From the IMG/VR virus record IMGVR_UViG_3300030060_002561, positions 18,726 through 82,725 of that record: DNA of 64,000 bases, one strand, 5' to 3'. This DNA is from a virus. Its lineage: Duplodnaviria > Caudoviricetes. Of the stretch, positions 19,265-29,900 are shown one piece after another; within the stretch, counting starts at the first letter, position 1, and each line of letters starts with the position of its first letter. The position numbers were made by a program, and so were the translations under genes. The notes below the pieces were generated by a model that worked only from the letters and a program-made list of their open reading frames with translations, had not been told where the DNA came from and made no database searches.

Positions 19265-21427
19265 CTACTCTTCTTCTTTACTAGGCGGAGAGAGAGGCGG
19301 TAAATCAAACTCTCTATCGGTGTCGAATGGTATCTCTTCTGTAGTGGCGATATCTTCTACACGTTCTAATGCGACATCAGATATTCTCCTACTCTTCCCT
19401 ATGTGTCGTAGGACAGCATATAGGAATTCTATCATTTCAATATCAGATGCTAATTCATCTGTCTTACCATCATCATAGTCATTACGCAATTTCTCTATTA
19501 CCTTGAATAGTAATTTTCTGTAAGTGTTACCTGCGCTACCTCGTAGTGGAAGTTGCTTATCTTCCCCAGATATGAATTGCTTTACTTCCTTCATCATCTC
19601 GGACAACGTGTATTCCTTTCTTCTAGGCTTACCCCCTTCTTGGTCGAACCTAGTTAACTTGAAGTCTGGAGTTGAGAATTCTTCTAACTCAGAAAGTATC
19701 TGCCCTTGTGTCCTTCTATCGGGAAGTATTCTCTTTTTGTTCTTGTTGAGTATCTCTGGAATTAACTCAAGCGTACTCCTACCTGCGTATGTCTTGTATG
19801 CAGGTTCGCCTGTTTTCTTGTTTACCCACCTTTTCGTCTTAGCATCCCACTTGCTATCATTGTAATTTTCTATCAATGCATCTCTTGCTGTTCGGGCCAA
19901 CTTCTTATTTCCTCTAGTGAGAAACTTTTGTATAAGAATCAGATTGTCTGCGCTTATTTTTGAAAGTGCTTCACCTGCTGTTTTTTCATTGCCTTCTGCA
20001 TGGTTCTTGAGAATTCTTGCTAGTGTTCTACCAAGTTGGTCTTGTCGCTCTCTCTTTTCCTTGGCTGCTTTCTTTCCCTTTACACCAATTCCAGCAGTAA
20101 CATCCAAAACCTCGCTCTCCAAGGTAGGTGCTTGTTCGACAGATAGGATGTTGAATACTTCATCGAAGAAGTTCTTTACTCTTTGATAGAGTTCTGAGAC
20201 TTTCCCGGCAACTGGGCCAGTTCTTCTAGTGACCTTGCTACCAATCTTCTGCTTGGGTTGGTCTTTACCCGGTTCTGGAGCATCTCTCAACATAGCCTCT
20301 CTGATGTCCTCTCTTTCCTTTGGTGTCTCACCAAGCATCTCAAGCAGTTTCTTATCCGCATTCAATTTGTTGAAAGTCCAAGTCCTTTCGACTATGGTTC
20401 CTTCTTCTGTAGTGTTGTGTGTATCAGATACTTCCTTTGTTTCTTCCTCAGAAGACAGTCCTAGGTCACTTGCATATTTCTTGAGTCTTCTTGTGCTGAT
20501 GCCGGGTACTCGGAAATCATCTCCAGTAGGTGCTTGAACGGTTATCTCCCTAGTTGGGGTTTTCTCTTCATCATCACCTTCTATCGTCATCGTGTGTGGT
20601 TCTCTCTTTCTTTGGAATAGGAGAATCTCTGGAATCTTTCCTCCTGCCTCATCGAACTTGTCAAGGAGCGTTCTCATTACTGACATGTCTTCCTGTGTAT
20701 ATTTCTCGGAAGTCTTAGGCATCTGCATGGGAATTGGTTTTCCTTCCTCATCTGTTCCCCTTTCCTCTCTCTGTCTTGCAGATTCTCGTTCTTGCTCGGA
20801 TACCTCTGCGTCTGTGAGTTCTCTTGGTTCTTGGTAACCAACCCCCTTCAATGCCTCAGATACTGCCTTGTCATAATCCTTGACAACTGCTTGGAATTGT
20901 CTTCGATGTTGACTTCTAAGTTTACCTCGACCACCAGCCTCCTTGAATTCCTTTCCAGTTGGTCGCATTCGTTGAGAAGTTGGCCCACCAGTTACCATGA
21001 TGTTTCTAGTGAATGGGTTCTTGATACCTAATTCAACTGCAATTCCATCAGCACTCTCTTCTGCCGTAAACAGATTTCTTGTCCAAGAATCTAATCCGCC
21101 CATGATATCGTCTGAATACCAAACCCAAACTTGTAGCCACGAATCATCTATGTCCTTTCCTAAACTATCATAGGCACTTTCTATCTCACGCTGACTGATT
21201 CTTTCTCTTTCCTTATCCTTTTGTTTGTATCCAACTTGACCGAATAACACTCTTGTTTCTGGTGGTTTAACCTTCTTCTTCGGTTTCTCTTCTGGTTTCT
21301 TTTCTTCGGGTCGTTCGGCTCTTTGCTCATATGTACCATCATCCTTGATACCTAACATTTCTCTCAAACGTGCCGCATCATCTTCCGCGTCTTTCCTTAG
21401 AATATCCATGAAAGACAACTTGCTCAC
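19265..21427 (-). CDS. Large charged hypothetical protein (possible internal virion protein)
   Basis: Probable start GTG 21427, just after the upstream stop; begins SKLSFMDILRKD. Confidence 0.55.
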   Translation of the reverse strand: MSKLSFMDILRKDAEDDAARLREMLGIKDDGTYEQRAERPEEKKPEEKPKKKVKPPETRVLFGQVGYKQKDKERERISQREIESAYDSLGKDIDDSWLQVWVWYSDDIMGGLDSWTRNLFTAEESADGIAVELGIKNPFTRNIMVTGGPTSQRMRPTGKEFKEAGGRGKLRSQHRRQFQAVVKDYDKAVSEALKGVGYQEPRELTDAEVSEQERESARQREERGTDEEGKPIPMQMPKTSEKYTQEDMSVMRTLLDKFDEAGGKIPEILLFQRKREPHTMTIEGDDEEKTPTREITVQAPTGDDFRVPGISTRRLKKYASDLGLSSEEETKEVSDTHNTTEEGTIVERTWTFNKLNADKKLLEMLGETPKEREDIREAMLRDAPEPGKDQPKQKIGSKVTRRTGPVAGKVSELYQRVKNFFDEVFNILSVEQAPTLESEVLDVTAGIGVKGKKAAKEKRERQDQLGRTLARILKNHAEGNEKTAGEALSKISADNLILIQKFLTRGNKKLARTARDALIENYNDSKWDAKTKRWVNKKTGEPAYKTYAGRSTLELIPEILNKNKKRILPDRRTQGQILSELEEFSTPDFKLTRFDQEGGKPRRKEYTLSEMMKEVKQFISGEDKQLPLRGSAGNTYRKLLFKVIEKLRNDYDDGKTDELASDIEMIEFLYAVLRHIGKSRRISDVALERVEDIATTEEIPFDTDREFDLPPLSPPSKEEE

Positions 21428-21428
21428 C

Positions 21429-21674
21429 TCAGAATGGTATGTTTTCCTTTCTTCCCTTGCTTTTCTTAGGTAGTATAACGACATCTGGAATCTCGGAAGC
21501 ATTAGGTATCTTCTTCTCGACAGTAGAATCCTTGTCGATGCCTACACCAAGAGAGTAGTCTCTACTCTTGTTCTTCTCGATGCGAGCATCATGCTCGTTC
21601 TTCTGCGCTATCCTTGCTTGCTTCAGTTCTCTTTCCAGTTCCCTTACTCCTTTTTCTTCACTCATCTTTCTCAC
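21429..21674 (-). CDS. Hypothetical protein
   Basis: 81-aa ORF in the operon. Confidence 0.5.
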   Translation of the reverse strand: MRKMSEEKGVRELERELKQARIAQKNEHDARIEKNKSRDYSLGVGIDKDSTVEKKIPNASEIPDVVILPKKSKGRKENIPF

Positions 21675-21780
21675 CTTTGTCCTTAACTGCGTCTTTCATT
21701 GATTCTTTCTTGTCGCCGTCATCATCTATGTCAATGTAATCAGGCTTGATATTCTTTCTTAGTATTTCTTTCCATTCCAT
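21658..21780 (-). CDS. 40-aa microprotein with W-tag and DxDxDG loop (not in ORF track)
   Basis: Translated by hand: MEWKEILRKNIKPDYIDIDDDGDKKESMKDAVKDKGEKDE, with a GGAGG RBS upstream. Confidence 0.6.
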   Translation of the reverse strand: MEWKEILRKNIKPDYIDIDDDGDKKESMKDAVKDKGEKDE

Positions 21781-21877
21781 ATTCCTTCCTCCACAAATAA
21801 TCTAATTCTTTCATCTGTCTCTTCATTTAGTTTGTCAATTTCTTCTTTCCATTTTCTTGCGACTTCAAGCAATCTGC

Positions 21878-23527
21878 TCAACCGACTCGCCTCTCTGTCC
21901 TTTTATCCACGTTTTCATTACCTGCTTCTCTAGGTAATCCGCTAAATCTCTTGTCTGGACCTTTGTTCATAGATGGCTTGTTTCTCGATTTTACCTCTGC
22001 GGGTTGACCTGCCTCTGCCATTGTTGGCTTGTTTCCAGACTCCATCATCTGTCCTAGTTGTGATTGGTCAATGTTAGTACCTGCGTATGGGTCTAGTTCT
22101 ATTGGTGCATCTCCATCACCCTTAGCACCTTCTTGTTCTTTTGGCTCTGGCTTGAAGTAGTTGAATCTACCTTCATCATCCATGTCAACCTCAAATCCTA
22201 GATTCTTAATTGCCGCCGCAACGTTAACCTCAATCTCCCTCTTCCTCAACTTAGCAATTTCATCCTCTTCTTCGGAAGGTGGTAACTTGAGAGTCCAGTC
22301 TGTAATTCCAAACTGCTTGACCATGAAGGGAAACACATAGTTGTTCCAGATAGTTTGAGCCATCTCTACTGCTCGATTGGTAACTAGTATCTGCATACCC
22401 TCGTTGTTCAATCCACCACTTGCGGAATTGTCTGCCATGAAGATTTTACTCACACCGTAGAATGCTGAGATTCTATCACGTAGTTCGTCTTTGACGGCAA
22501 TGTAATCCATCTCCTTCAAACTGTCCATGAATTTGACCCACTCTACAGAGCCTTTGCCGTTCTCTGCTTCTACGCCCATGACTGGAATAAAGTGAGGGTC
22601 AACTTCCATCTTCTCCTTTACACTACGCCAGAACGACTTCATCGAATCTATGTTTCTGGTTTGTACTGCCAACAATCCTCTTGGCATTCTAGCCTTGGTG
22701 TATGATGAGTTAACGTAGTTCTCCATTGCCATCAAGGTCGTTACCATGTTCCAGAGAGTAAGAATCGGTGAGACACCATACAGCCTAGATGGTGAATACT
22801 TGCTGAAGTGTACAACCTCTCCTTCTATGAAATACTGCTCTTCACCATTTGCCCTGTTAACATAATGAACAGGATGTAAAGCAGAATTACAGTGTTCGCA
22901 AAGGTCGGATGCTTCTTCGGAAATGTGATTCCTGTGTTTTAGACATGTGAATCCCTTTACTCCCCTTTCACCAACCTCATTTGAATAGATGTGCATAGTT
23001 ACAGGGTCACCTCGATACAATTCCTTTATTCTGTGCATCTTGATACAATTTGTGTTATCCATGTAGTATTCCTTTACTAGCACTAAGTATGCATCATCCA
23101 TTATGTTCAAGTCATCCTCTAGTTCTTTCAGAACGTCAATGAATAATTGTTCGGACTTGTTGACATATCCTTCTAGAAATTTATGAGCATAATCTAATTG
23201 TGCTTTGTCTGGCTTCTGTAAGTTTGCAGAACCACATGACTTACATTCCTTGACTGGACTCTCATGCTTCTCACCACAATCACCACACTTGAGAACAAAT
23301 GCTTCTTCCCACTTGTATCCCCTTCGGAATATCTCTTGCTTTAGTTGGGTGATGCAAGTCCTAACTATTGTGGATTGCTTTGCTAGTGAGTATATGACTG
23401 GACTCGTTAGAAAATAAGATGTGTCTTTTTCTTGAATTCCCGGATTGTATATTGTCCTGTCCTGTGGTTTAGGTGTTGATTGCCTAAACAAATTGAATAT
23501 GCTGAATCTTCTCTTTTCTTCTGTCAT
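21878..23527 (-). CDS. Portal protein
   Basis: 549 aa with VVHF...LYGVSPI, MDY...RDRISAFYGV portal-like segments, located between terminase and protease. Contains Cys/His zinc-finger insertions. Confidence 0.85.
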   Translation of the reverse strand: MTEEKRRFSIFNLFRQSTPKPQDRTIYNPGIQEKDTSYFLTSPVIYSLAKQSTIVRTCITQLKQEIFRRGYKWEEAFVLKCGDCGEKHESPVKECKSCGSANLQKPDKAQLDYAHKFLEGYVNKSEQLFIDVLKELEDDLNIMDDAYLVLVKEYYMDNTNCIKMHRIKELYRGDPVTMHIYSNEVGERGVKGFTCLKHRNHISEEASDLCEHCNSALHPVHYVNRANGEEQYFIEGEVVHFSKYSPSRLYGVSPILTLWNMVTTLMAMENYVNSSYTKARMPRGLLAVQTRNIDSMKSFWRSVKEKMEVDPHFIPVMGVEAENGKGSVEWVKFMDSLKEMDYIAVKDELRDRISAFYGVSKIFMADNSASGGLNNEGMQILVTNRAVEMAQTIWNNYVFPFMVKQFGITDWTLKLPPSEEEDEIAKLRKREIEVNVAAAIKNLGFEVDMDDEGRFNYFKPEPKEQEGAKGDGDAPIELDPYAGTNIDQSQLGQMMESGNKPTMAEAGQPAEVKSRNKPSMNKGPDKRFSGLPREAGNENVDKRTERRVG

Positions 23528-23528
23528 G

Positions 23529-24995
23529 TCACTCCTTCTCCATTACTTTGTGTTCAAACAGATAATCCGATGCATCATCTACTGAACTCCATTCATCTTC
23601 GGATAAATCATGCTCTTCAGCAATCTCTTCCAAGTCGTCTATGGCATCATCCACATCAGACGACTTCAAGATACCTTCTATCTTATCCATTTCGTTCATC
23701 TTAGAATTGCCATAGAGTTTCTCTATGCTATTGACATCAATATCAAACTCTGACCAGTTAAAGCCAACGTGGTCTTTGTGGTTCTCGTACTTCATCAACT
23801 TGAATAGTTCCTCTTTTCTTGCCTTGTACCAATCAGCCTTCTTGTGAGACTTCTTCATTCTTACTAACTCAAGAAGTATCTCCGCATTGCCCTTCTTCAT
23901 CTTGAAGTGTGGAAGACACTTTGTTAGCAACTCTGTGACATCAGCCGCAGAGTAGAAGTTCAGCCTGTTCACTGGTCTGGTATTCTGTGGTGATTTCTGG
24001 TCTAGATGTAATCTACCGCACCCAAGGGATTTATGCATCTCCATCATGAATGCCTTTCCCCTATCTCCTGTAGCAACCAATCCAACTCTAGGATTGAAGT
24101 TCCTATCCATTGTAATGTATCCATCCGAATCTATGAAAGCGGCAGTATAGGCATAGATGTCTTTCTTGATATCATCTGATAACTTGTAGAATGCACCATC
24201 CACCTGTGTTATGTTATTGACCTTCGCTATCTTTGAGATGATAGTTGGACTAGATTTCTTGAATAGATTCTTAGGGAGTCTCTCATGTATTTGTCTAGAA
24301 GAAATACCGGGTTCCTCTGAAACCGACTTTACTATGTGGTCTGCTAGAACATCCTTCTGATTCTCACGATGAATATGATTCTTGATAATCTGCTTGAACT
24401 CTCTCTTGGATGCAGTCATCGACTTGCTTAACTCTCCATATCCCTTCTGATATTCTACCATGTTGAAGTCTTGCCTGTCTTCCCAATACTTACAAAGAAC
24501 ATCTACCAATTTTCTTCTAGTAGTAACATCTTGAATCTTTGATAGTTTCAAGAGATTGTCCTCACTACAGTTCATCTCCTTGAGTACGGGCTTGTACTTT
24601 GCTATCCAATAGATTTCATCTATTGATTTGTCTAAGTGGTCTGAATACGCTTCAATCAAACCATCAATTGATTTTGTGATAGCCAGCCTTGGTTCTCCTT
24701 TCAATGACCTTCTGTACTTTCTGAGACTCTTAATCATCTGAGGAATGTCCTGTCCCTCTATCTCATACTTGTTAACTGAATTCTTCAGCATCTTCTTTGC
24801 ATCTGTTAGTGATATCTCAAACTCCCTAGCAAAATTTTTCTCGATGGAGAAGTGGTCATCTAGTGAAACTGTGAGAAGCCATTGCTTCTGAGTTCCATCC
24901 AAGTCGTCAATTAGAGTCTGTTGCTCTTGCTCCAACTCTTCTTGCTCATCAGCGAGTTGTGCCGCTTCTCTGAATTTATCACCTTTAACACCCAT
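23529..24995 (-). CDS. LAGLIDADG endonuclease-domain protein
   Basis: YTAAFIDSDGYI motif with downstream LGCGRL and LPHFKMKK. The long N-terminal region contains the HTH-like PGISSRQIHERL. Confidence 0.75.
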   Translation of the reverse strand: MGVKGDKFREAAQLADEQEELEQEQQTLIDDLDGTQKQWLLTVSLDDHFSIEKNFAREFEISLTDAKKMLKNSVNKYEIEGQDIPQMIKSLRKYRRSLKGEPRLAITKSIDGLIEAYSDHLDKSIDEIYWIAKYKPVLKEMNCSEDNLLKLSKIQDVTTRRKLVDVLCKYWEDRQDFNMVEYQKGYGELSKSMTASKREFKQIIKNHIHRENQKDVLADHIVKSVSEEPGISSRQIHERLPKNLFKKSSPTIISKIAKVNNITQVDGAFYKLSDDIKKDIYAYTAAFIDSDGYITMDRNFNPRVGLVATGDRGKAFMMEMHKSLGCGRLHLDQKSPQNTRPVNRLNFYSAADVTELLTKCLPHFKMKKGNAEILLELVRMKKSHKKADWYKARKEELFKLMKYENHKDHVGFNWSEFDIDVNSIEKLYGNSKMNEMDKIEGILKSSDVDDAIDDLEEIAEEHDLSEDEWSSVDDASDYLFEHKVMEKE

Positions 24996-25006
24996 TTTTT
25001 CACCCC

Positions 25007-26446
25007 CTAGAAGTTCAACCCAAGTATTCCGTTACGGGGATTGTTAATTGTTGTTGTGGGGTCTTCAAAGATGTCCATGTCATCTAATAGCATGAAAACC
25101 TCACCTTGATGTTGTGATGCGGCATTGGCTAGAGCGAGGCTCATAACCAAGTCATCGTGCGCTCCCACACCTTCAAACTTACCAGAGTGAGTAATGGAGA
25201 ACATAGACAGTTCCTCTACTATCATGTTGCTAATCCGTCTACTTGCGGCATCAGCATACGGTAAATGCAACTTTTCATTTTCTATATTCATCTGCAATGC
25301 AAGAATTATCTCTTGCTTGTTCTTTCTAGTTGTATTGAAATCTCTTATGTTCAAGTCGGAGATGCTTCTCAACTCCTGCGTAAATGCTTTGGCAAATGTA
25401 TTCGTTTCATAGAGAATCTCTTCTGGTTGGAATATCTGTCCAATCAATCTTATCTTCTCTATGTTCTCTCTGAACTCAACGTTCTTCGCTCTGTCAACAT
25501 GAACGATTATCTTGTTCTTATTCTCATCGACCTCTAGAACTGTGATGACGTTATAATCACCATCTGTTGATATTGCAGGGTCAACACCAACGTAATACTT
25601 GTAGCCTTTGTCTTTCCTATTTCCTAGTTTTAACACGTAGTCCTTGTTCTTACATTTCTCTACAAATTCGGGATTGAATAATGCAGTTCCAGTGGAAATG
25701 GGGACACAAAGGTACTCCCTTGTAAATTTCAAAGAACCTATCTCAGCCTTCCTTTGCATAAGAGCATCATAGTCCCAACGCTCCGGCCACAATGGTTCAT
25801 TCAAGGAATTCAAACACGGATACTTTCTAACAGTGTATGCTTCATTATCCTCTAACTGTGCAAAGATATCTGTGTATGTGAAAGGCGTACCAATCATTCT
25901 GAGATTAGAAGTATGGTGTAGTGTAGGTATCATGTCACCGAAGAACCAATCAGTTACTCTTTGGATAGCAGATAGGCTGAACTCCTTCAAGGGGTCGTCA
26001 ATGATGATTTCCTGTGGGTGAAGACCACGAATCTGAGAACCAACGGAACGCTCTAGAATCGCGTTGCCATTGGTTAGTTGAATGTTACCAATAGCCCATC
26101 CTCTACTCGGTCTAAATTTCTTAAGTGATGGATGATTGAAGTATCTGTCAATCTCCCTCATGTGAACTAGAGTCTGCTTCTGGTTCGATGAGATGTATAG
26201 CATCTGATATGGCGGCTCTTGGAAGACTAGATTCCATACCACCCAACAATGCATGAAGACAGACTTGCCGTGGTCACGACTACATACAATGACTGTTCTA
26301 TCTGTACCTTGCATGGTTTCCAACCACTCTTCCATGTACTTCGGAAACATCATTCCCAAAACATTCTGGAAGAAGTAGGGAAACGATGTCTTGGATATCT
26401 CCATATCCATCTCTGAAACGAAATCTAAACCTTCCATATCAGACAT
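25007..26446 (-). CDS. terL: Terminase large subunit
   Basis: Walker A SRDHGKS, Walker B IIIDD, coupling motif IGTP, nuclease motifs GVDPA and HDDLVMSLALA. Confidence 0.92.
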   Translation of the reverse strand: MSDMEGLDFVSEMDMEISKTSFPYFFQNVLGMMFPKYMEEWLETMQGTDRTVIVCSRDHGKSVFMHCWVVWNLVFQEPPYQMLYISSNQKQTLVHMREIDRYFNHPSLKKFRPSRGWAIGNIQLTNGNAILERSVGSQIRGLHPQEIIIDDPLKEFSLSAIQRVTDWFFGDMIPTLHHTSNLRMIGTPFTYTDIFAQLEDNEAYTVRKYPCLNSLNEPLWPERWDYDALMQRKAEIGSLKFTREYLCVPISTGTALFNPEFVEKCKNKDYVLKLGNRKDKGYKYYVGVDPAISTDGDYNVITVLEVDENKNKIIVHVDRAKNVEFRENIEKIRLIGQIFQPEEILYETNTFAKAFTQELRSISDLNIRDFNTTRKNKQEIILALQMNIENEKLHLPYADAASRRISNMIVEELSMFSITHSGKFEGVGAHDDLVMSLALANAASQHQGEVFMLLDDMDIFEDPTTTINNPRNGILGLNF

Positions 26447-26978
26447 GTCTTCTCAACACCTGCATCCACTTTGACACACCCCAATCATCTACGTTATCTA
26501 GATGCGCGATTCGCTCATTCATGAACGCCAAGACATCATCTGGAATTACCTCATCAGTTTCTGGCTTGTCCAATGTAAGTCCAGATTTTTGTCTCATGGT
26601 AGAGAAACCTGCGATTCTTGGCATTCCACGAATTCCTTCTAATGCCTTCTCTCGTATACCTCTCATTAATCCCCTACCTCGATAGTCGGGATGTGTCTTT
26701 GCCCCACCGAAGTATGCGTATGGTTTACCTTCCTTCCCCTCTCTAACTGCATGACCTATTACAGATACGAGTCTGCTCTTGTCACCTTCTCTCACGATTG
26801 TCCCAAACCAGTTTTCTACTGGATACTTCCACTTGTCATTAGAACGCATCTCATGTTGCATGTCTGGATTACTTGCATCCCACAATTCCTTCATGTCTTC
26901 CTCTGAGCCAATCTGAACATCTACCTGTTCTTGTCCTTGGGACAAATCTCTCAGTCTTGGATGGAACTTTCTAATCAA
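26439..26978 (-). CDS. GNAT-family acetyltransferase
   Basis: Acetyl-CoA-binding motif A: THPDYRGRGLMR. Confidence 0.75.
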   Translation of the reverse strand: MIRKFHPRLRDLSQGQEQVDVQIGSEEDMKELWDASNPDMQHEMRSNDKWKYPVENWFGTIVREGDKSRLVSVIGHAVREGKEGKPYAYFGGAKTHPDYRGRGLMRGIREKALEGIRGMPRIAGFSTMRQKSGLTLDKPETDEVIPDDVLAFMNERIAHLDNVDDWGVSKWMQVLRRHV

Positions 26979-26982
26979 CTAA

Positions 26983-29900
26983 TCACCTGAAATTCGCTTT
27001 GAGATAATAGACACTATCAGAAGGAACTCCATATTTCTTAGCAAGTGACTCCATAGAATCAAATTCATTGACAATGTTCTCAATCTCTACTGCTGAGATG
27101 TCTACATTGTAAGACTTCACTAGCGTATCTTGTGCCTTGGCTATATGTCCGAAGTCATCTAGATTGGATGTTCCATAGTAAATTGGCTTACCTAGCATCT
27201 TTCTTATCCCATCATGTGCGGCAAGAACCCTCATCTCTTCAATGCTCTTCGTAATGTTGAATCTCTCTCTGATTTCATTGAAGACCTGTAGTGCCTCTCT
27301 AAGTTCCGAGTCATCACTACCTCTTCCCTTTTCTCTCAAGTATCTACCCTTGTCACTACCAGTGCCACTCTTGGAACCCTTGCCAGAACCTCCGGCATTT
27401 CTCCTAACATGGTTAACAAATGAGATGAAGGGTGCGGCGGCTTTCCTTGGATTCTCCTTGTGTCTATCCTTCCATACTCTTGCAGGGGTATTCCAGAGAA
27501 GTATGTCCTCATAGCCATCGACATTGTTTCTCTTTGCCATATGGAAGAAGTACGAACCTAACTCTTCTTTCATTCTCTCCCCTAATGTCGATTTAGGACT
27601 TTGACCGAATACTCTAATCATTACATCCTTTTGTAAGTCTACTATTATACTCTTGAAGCCTTTCGCGTTTTCTGCGAAACTTGGTTCGGATAGGGTCTTC
27701 AAGACATCAGCGAAATCAATGATGTCTTCTCTATCAACGAACGTTCCATCTTCCTTCTCCTTCGCCATGACTGCGAACAGTCCATCATCTACCATTCCCT
27801 TCGTCAATGCACCAAACACACCCCCACTTGTTTGCTCACTAATGAATGAACTGTCATCATCGAAAGGCATGTACATTCCCTCAATGGGTATGACATAATA
27901 ATCAATGACTGCATCTAGCAAGTCATCGAATTCTCTTCTCACGGTTTGTATGTCGTTGAGATAGGATTCGTCATTGCTTCTGGCTGGGAAGATGGAGTCT
28001 ATTCCCATTGGGTCTGTAGTAATTGCTTGTTGACTGGTCTTCGTTCTAACGCTACTTGATGGCCCAGACCTTCTATCTCCCTTCTCCACGAACGATGCCA
28101 TGAGTTCCAAGAATTGGCTAATGTTCTTCTTGTTAGTTTCCAGTCTTCTAGGAGATACTGCTTCTATGATTCTGAACAGAGCCTTGCCCTTTGATTCCCT
28201 GCTCTTTCCTAGTATTATTTCTTCTAGGGTAGCAGATAGTGGAAGGTAGTATATCTGTCTAGTATCTCCTTGTGTAGCGACCTTGGAAAGAGACTCTATC
28301 CAATCGGTAATCCTTTCATCGTAATCCAAGTCCAAACCGAAGATGTTGGTTTCCAATCCTATCTTGAGTTTGTTTAGTTCGCGCTCTAAGATGGCGGTGT
28401 TCTTGAACGCGCTACCATCCTTGGAGAATGCATATGCGAATAATGGGTCAACATCTTCTGCCAATGCGTCAAAGTCAAACTTTTCTTTGGCTTCTATCAA
28501 CTCATCTATTTCTCTAACTGTTTCCCCTATACTCTCAAGGTATCTTGCTTTCTCAGACTGTCTTGCCAACCTGTACTGTGCGCCCGCGTCTTCGATAGGT
28601 CTTTTGCCGTCAGTACCTATCTCGGTTCTTGCTGATGCAGAAGTAGTCTCATCTTCTCCTTGTCCTCTCTGAGTCACAGTAGTTCTTGTTTCATCTCTCT
28701 CTACCGCACCTATTTCCAGAAGTCTCTCTCGTAGAGTCTCCATGTCCAACTCGGTCTTTGACCCTGTATCTACTAGATTCATCTCTCGTAGGAATGTATC
28801 GAAGAGAGTCCTCACCTTATCAGATGAATCTTTAGCGGCGGCTTGCATAGGTGATGCCTTGAATGGCAAGACGTAATTCATACCATCATCATATGCAGAT
28901 TCAAATTTAGCATCAAACTCAAGGTACTCATCTATCAGTTCACTCAGAGGCTCATTCAGATTCTCCCCTTCGCCAATGAGGATATCCTTGTGCTTGAGGA
29001 AAGCCTTTCTCAAATCATCATACTTGGTTTGAAGATTCTTGAAGTCCTTGGTGGCTACTCCTTCCCAATACTTGTAAATCTCATCTCTGCTCTCAAGGTC
29101 TGCTAGGTTCAAGTCACCAATGAGATATTCACCAGATATACTTGCTCTGGTAATTTTGATATCTGCTTCCTCATCCTCTTCTATGAATTGTCTAATCTGA
29201 TTTGTCAGGGGTTCCAACTGAGATGAAGTCTGGTCTTCCATAACTCGTAGATGTTGCCTTGCCTGTGTCTTGTCCTCTGGTCTGTATACAAAACCACTAG
29301 CATCCCTCTCACCTTGCATTACCTGCTTTCTTTCTGAAACGCTCATTGGTTTGCTAGAAACCAAATTGATGAACCTACCAAGAACTCTTGTGACTGCTTG
29401 TACATCTCCCTCAAATGAACTTGTCAAATCTCCTGCCTTCATTCCCTTTTCGCCAGATAACTGAGTAACTGCATATCTCAGTTGTTCTTCAAAGAGGCTC
29501 TTACCAATATTCGTTCCACGTAAGGTAGTTTTCAAAAGTGGCCTAATCGCATCTTTGAAGTCATCGAACAAAAGTCCCTTTGATTGTATATCTCTCACAG
29601 TTTCTCCAATATGTGGCTGAACGGTGTAATCCCCATCAACAGAGAGAATCAGTTTGCTCTCATCCTTCTTCGTGGAAGTAAAGCCATTGCTATCATCTAT
29701 AAGATATCTGTAAAGTAGGTCTTTTTCCCTCTTATATTCCCTTTTCTTATTCTCCATGAGAACATCTAGTTCACCGTCTATCTGTTCACCAATCTGGGCT
29801 TGGAATACTGAATCTAGATTGTCACCAGTCAACTCTTGTCCTTTTGGCAAATCTTGCTTGATGTTCCTAGGATTATACTTGCTACCGCCTTCCAGATACT

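Noticed and set aside
23529-26446. Intein or intron in terminase or portal explaining the LAGLIDADG domain
   Set aside because: TerL and portal are intact separate ORFs, and no intein splice motifs (N-terminal C/S block, C-terminal HN) are evident.
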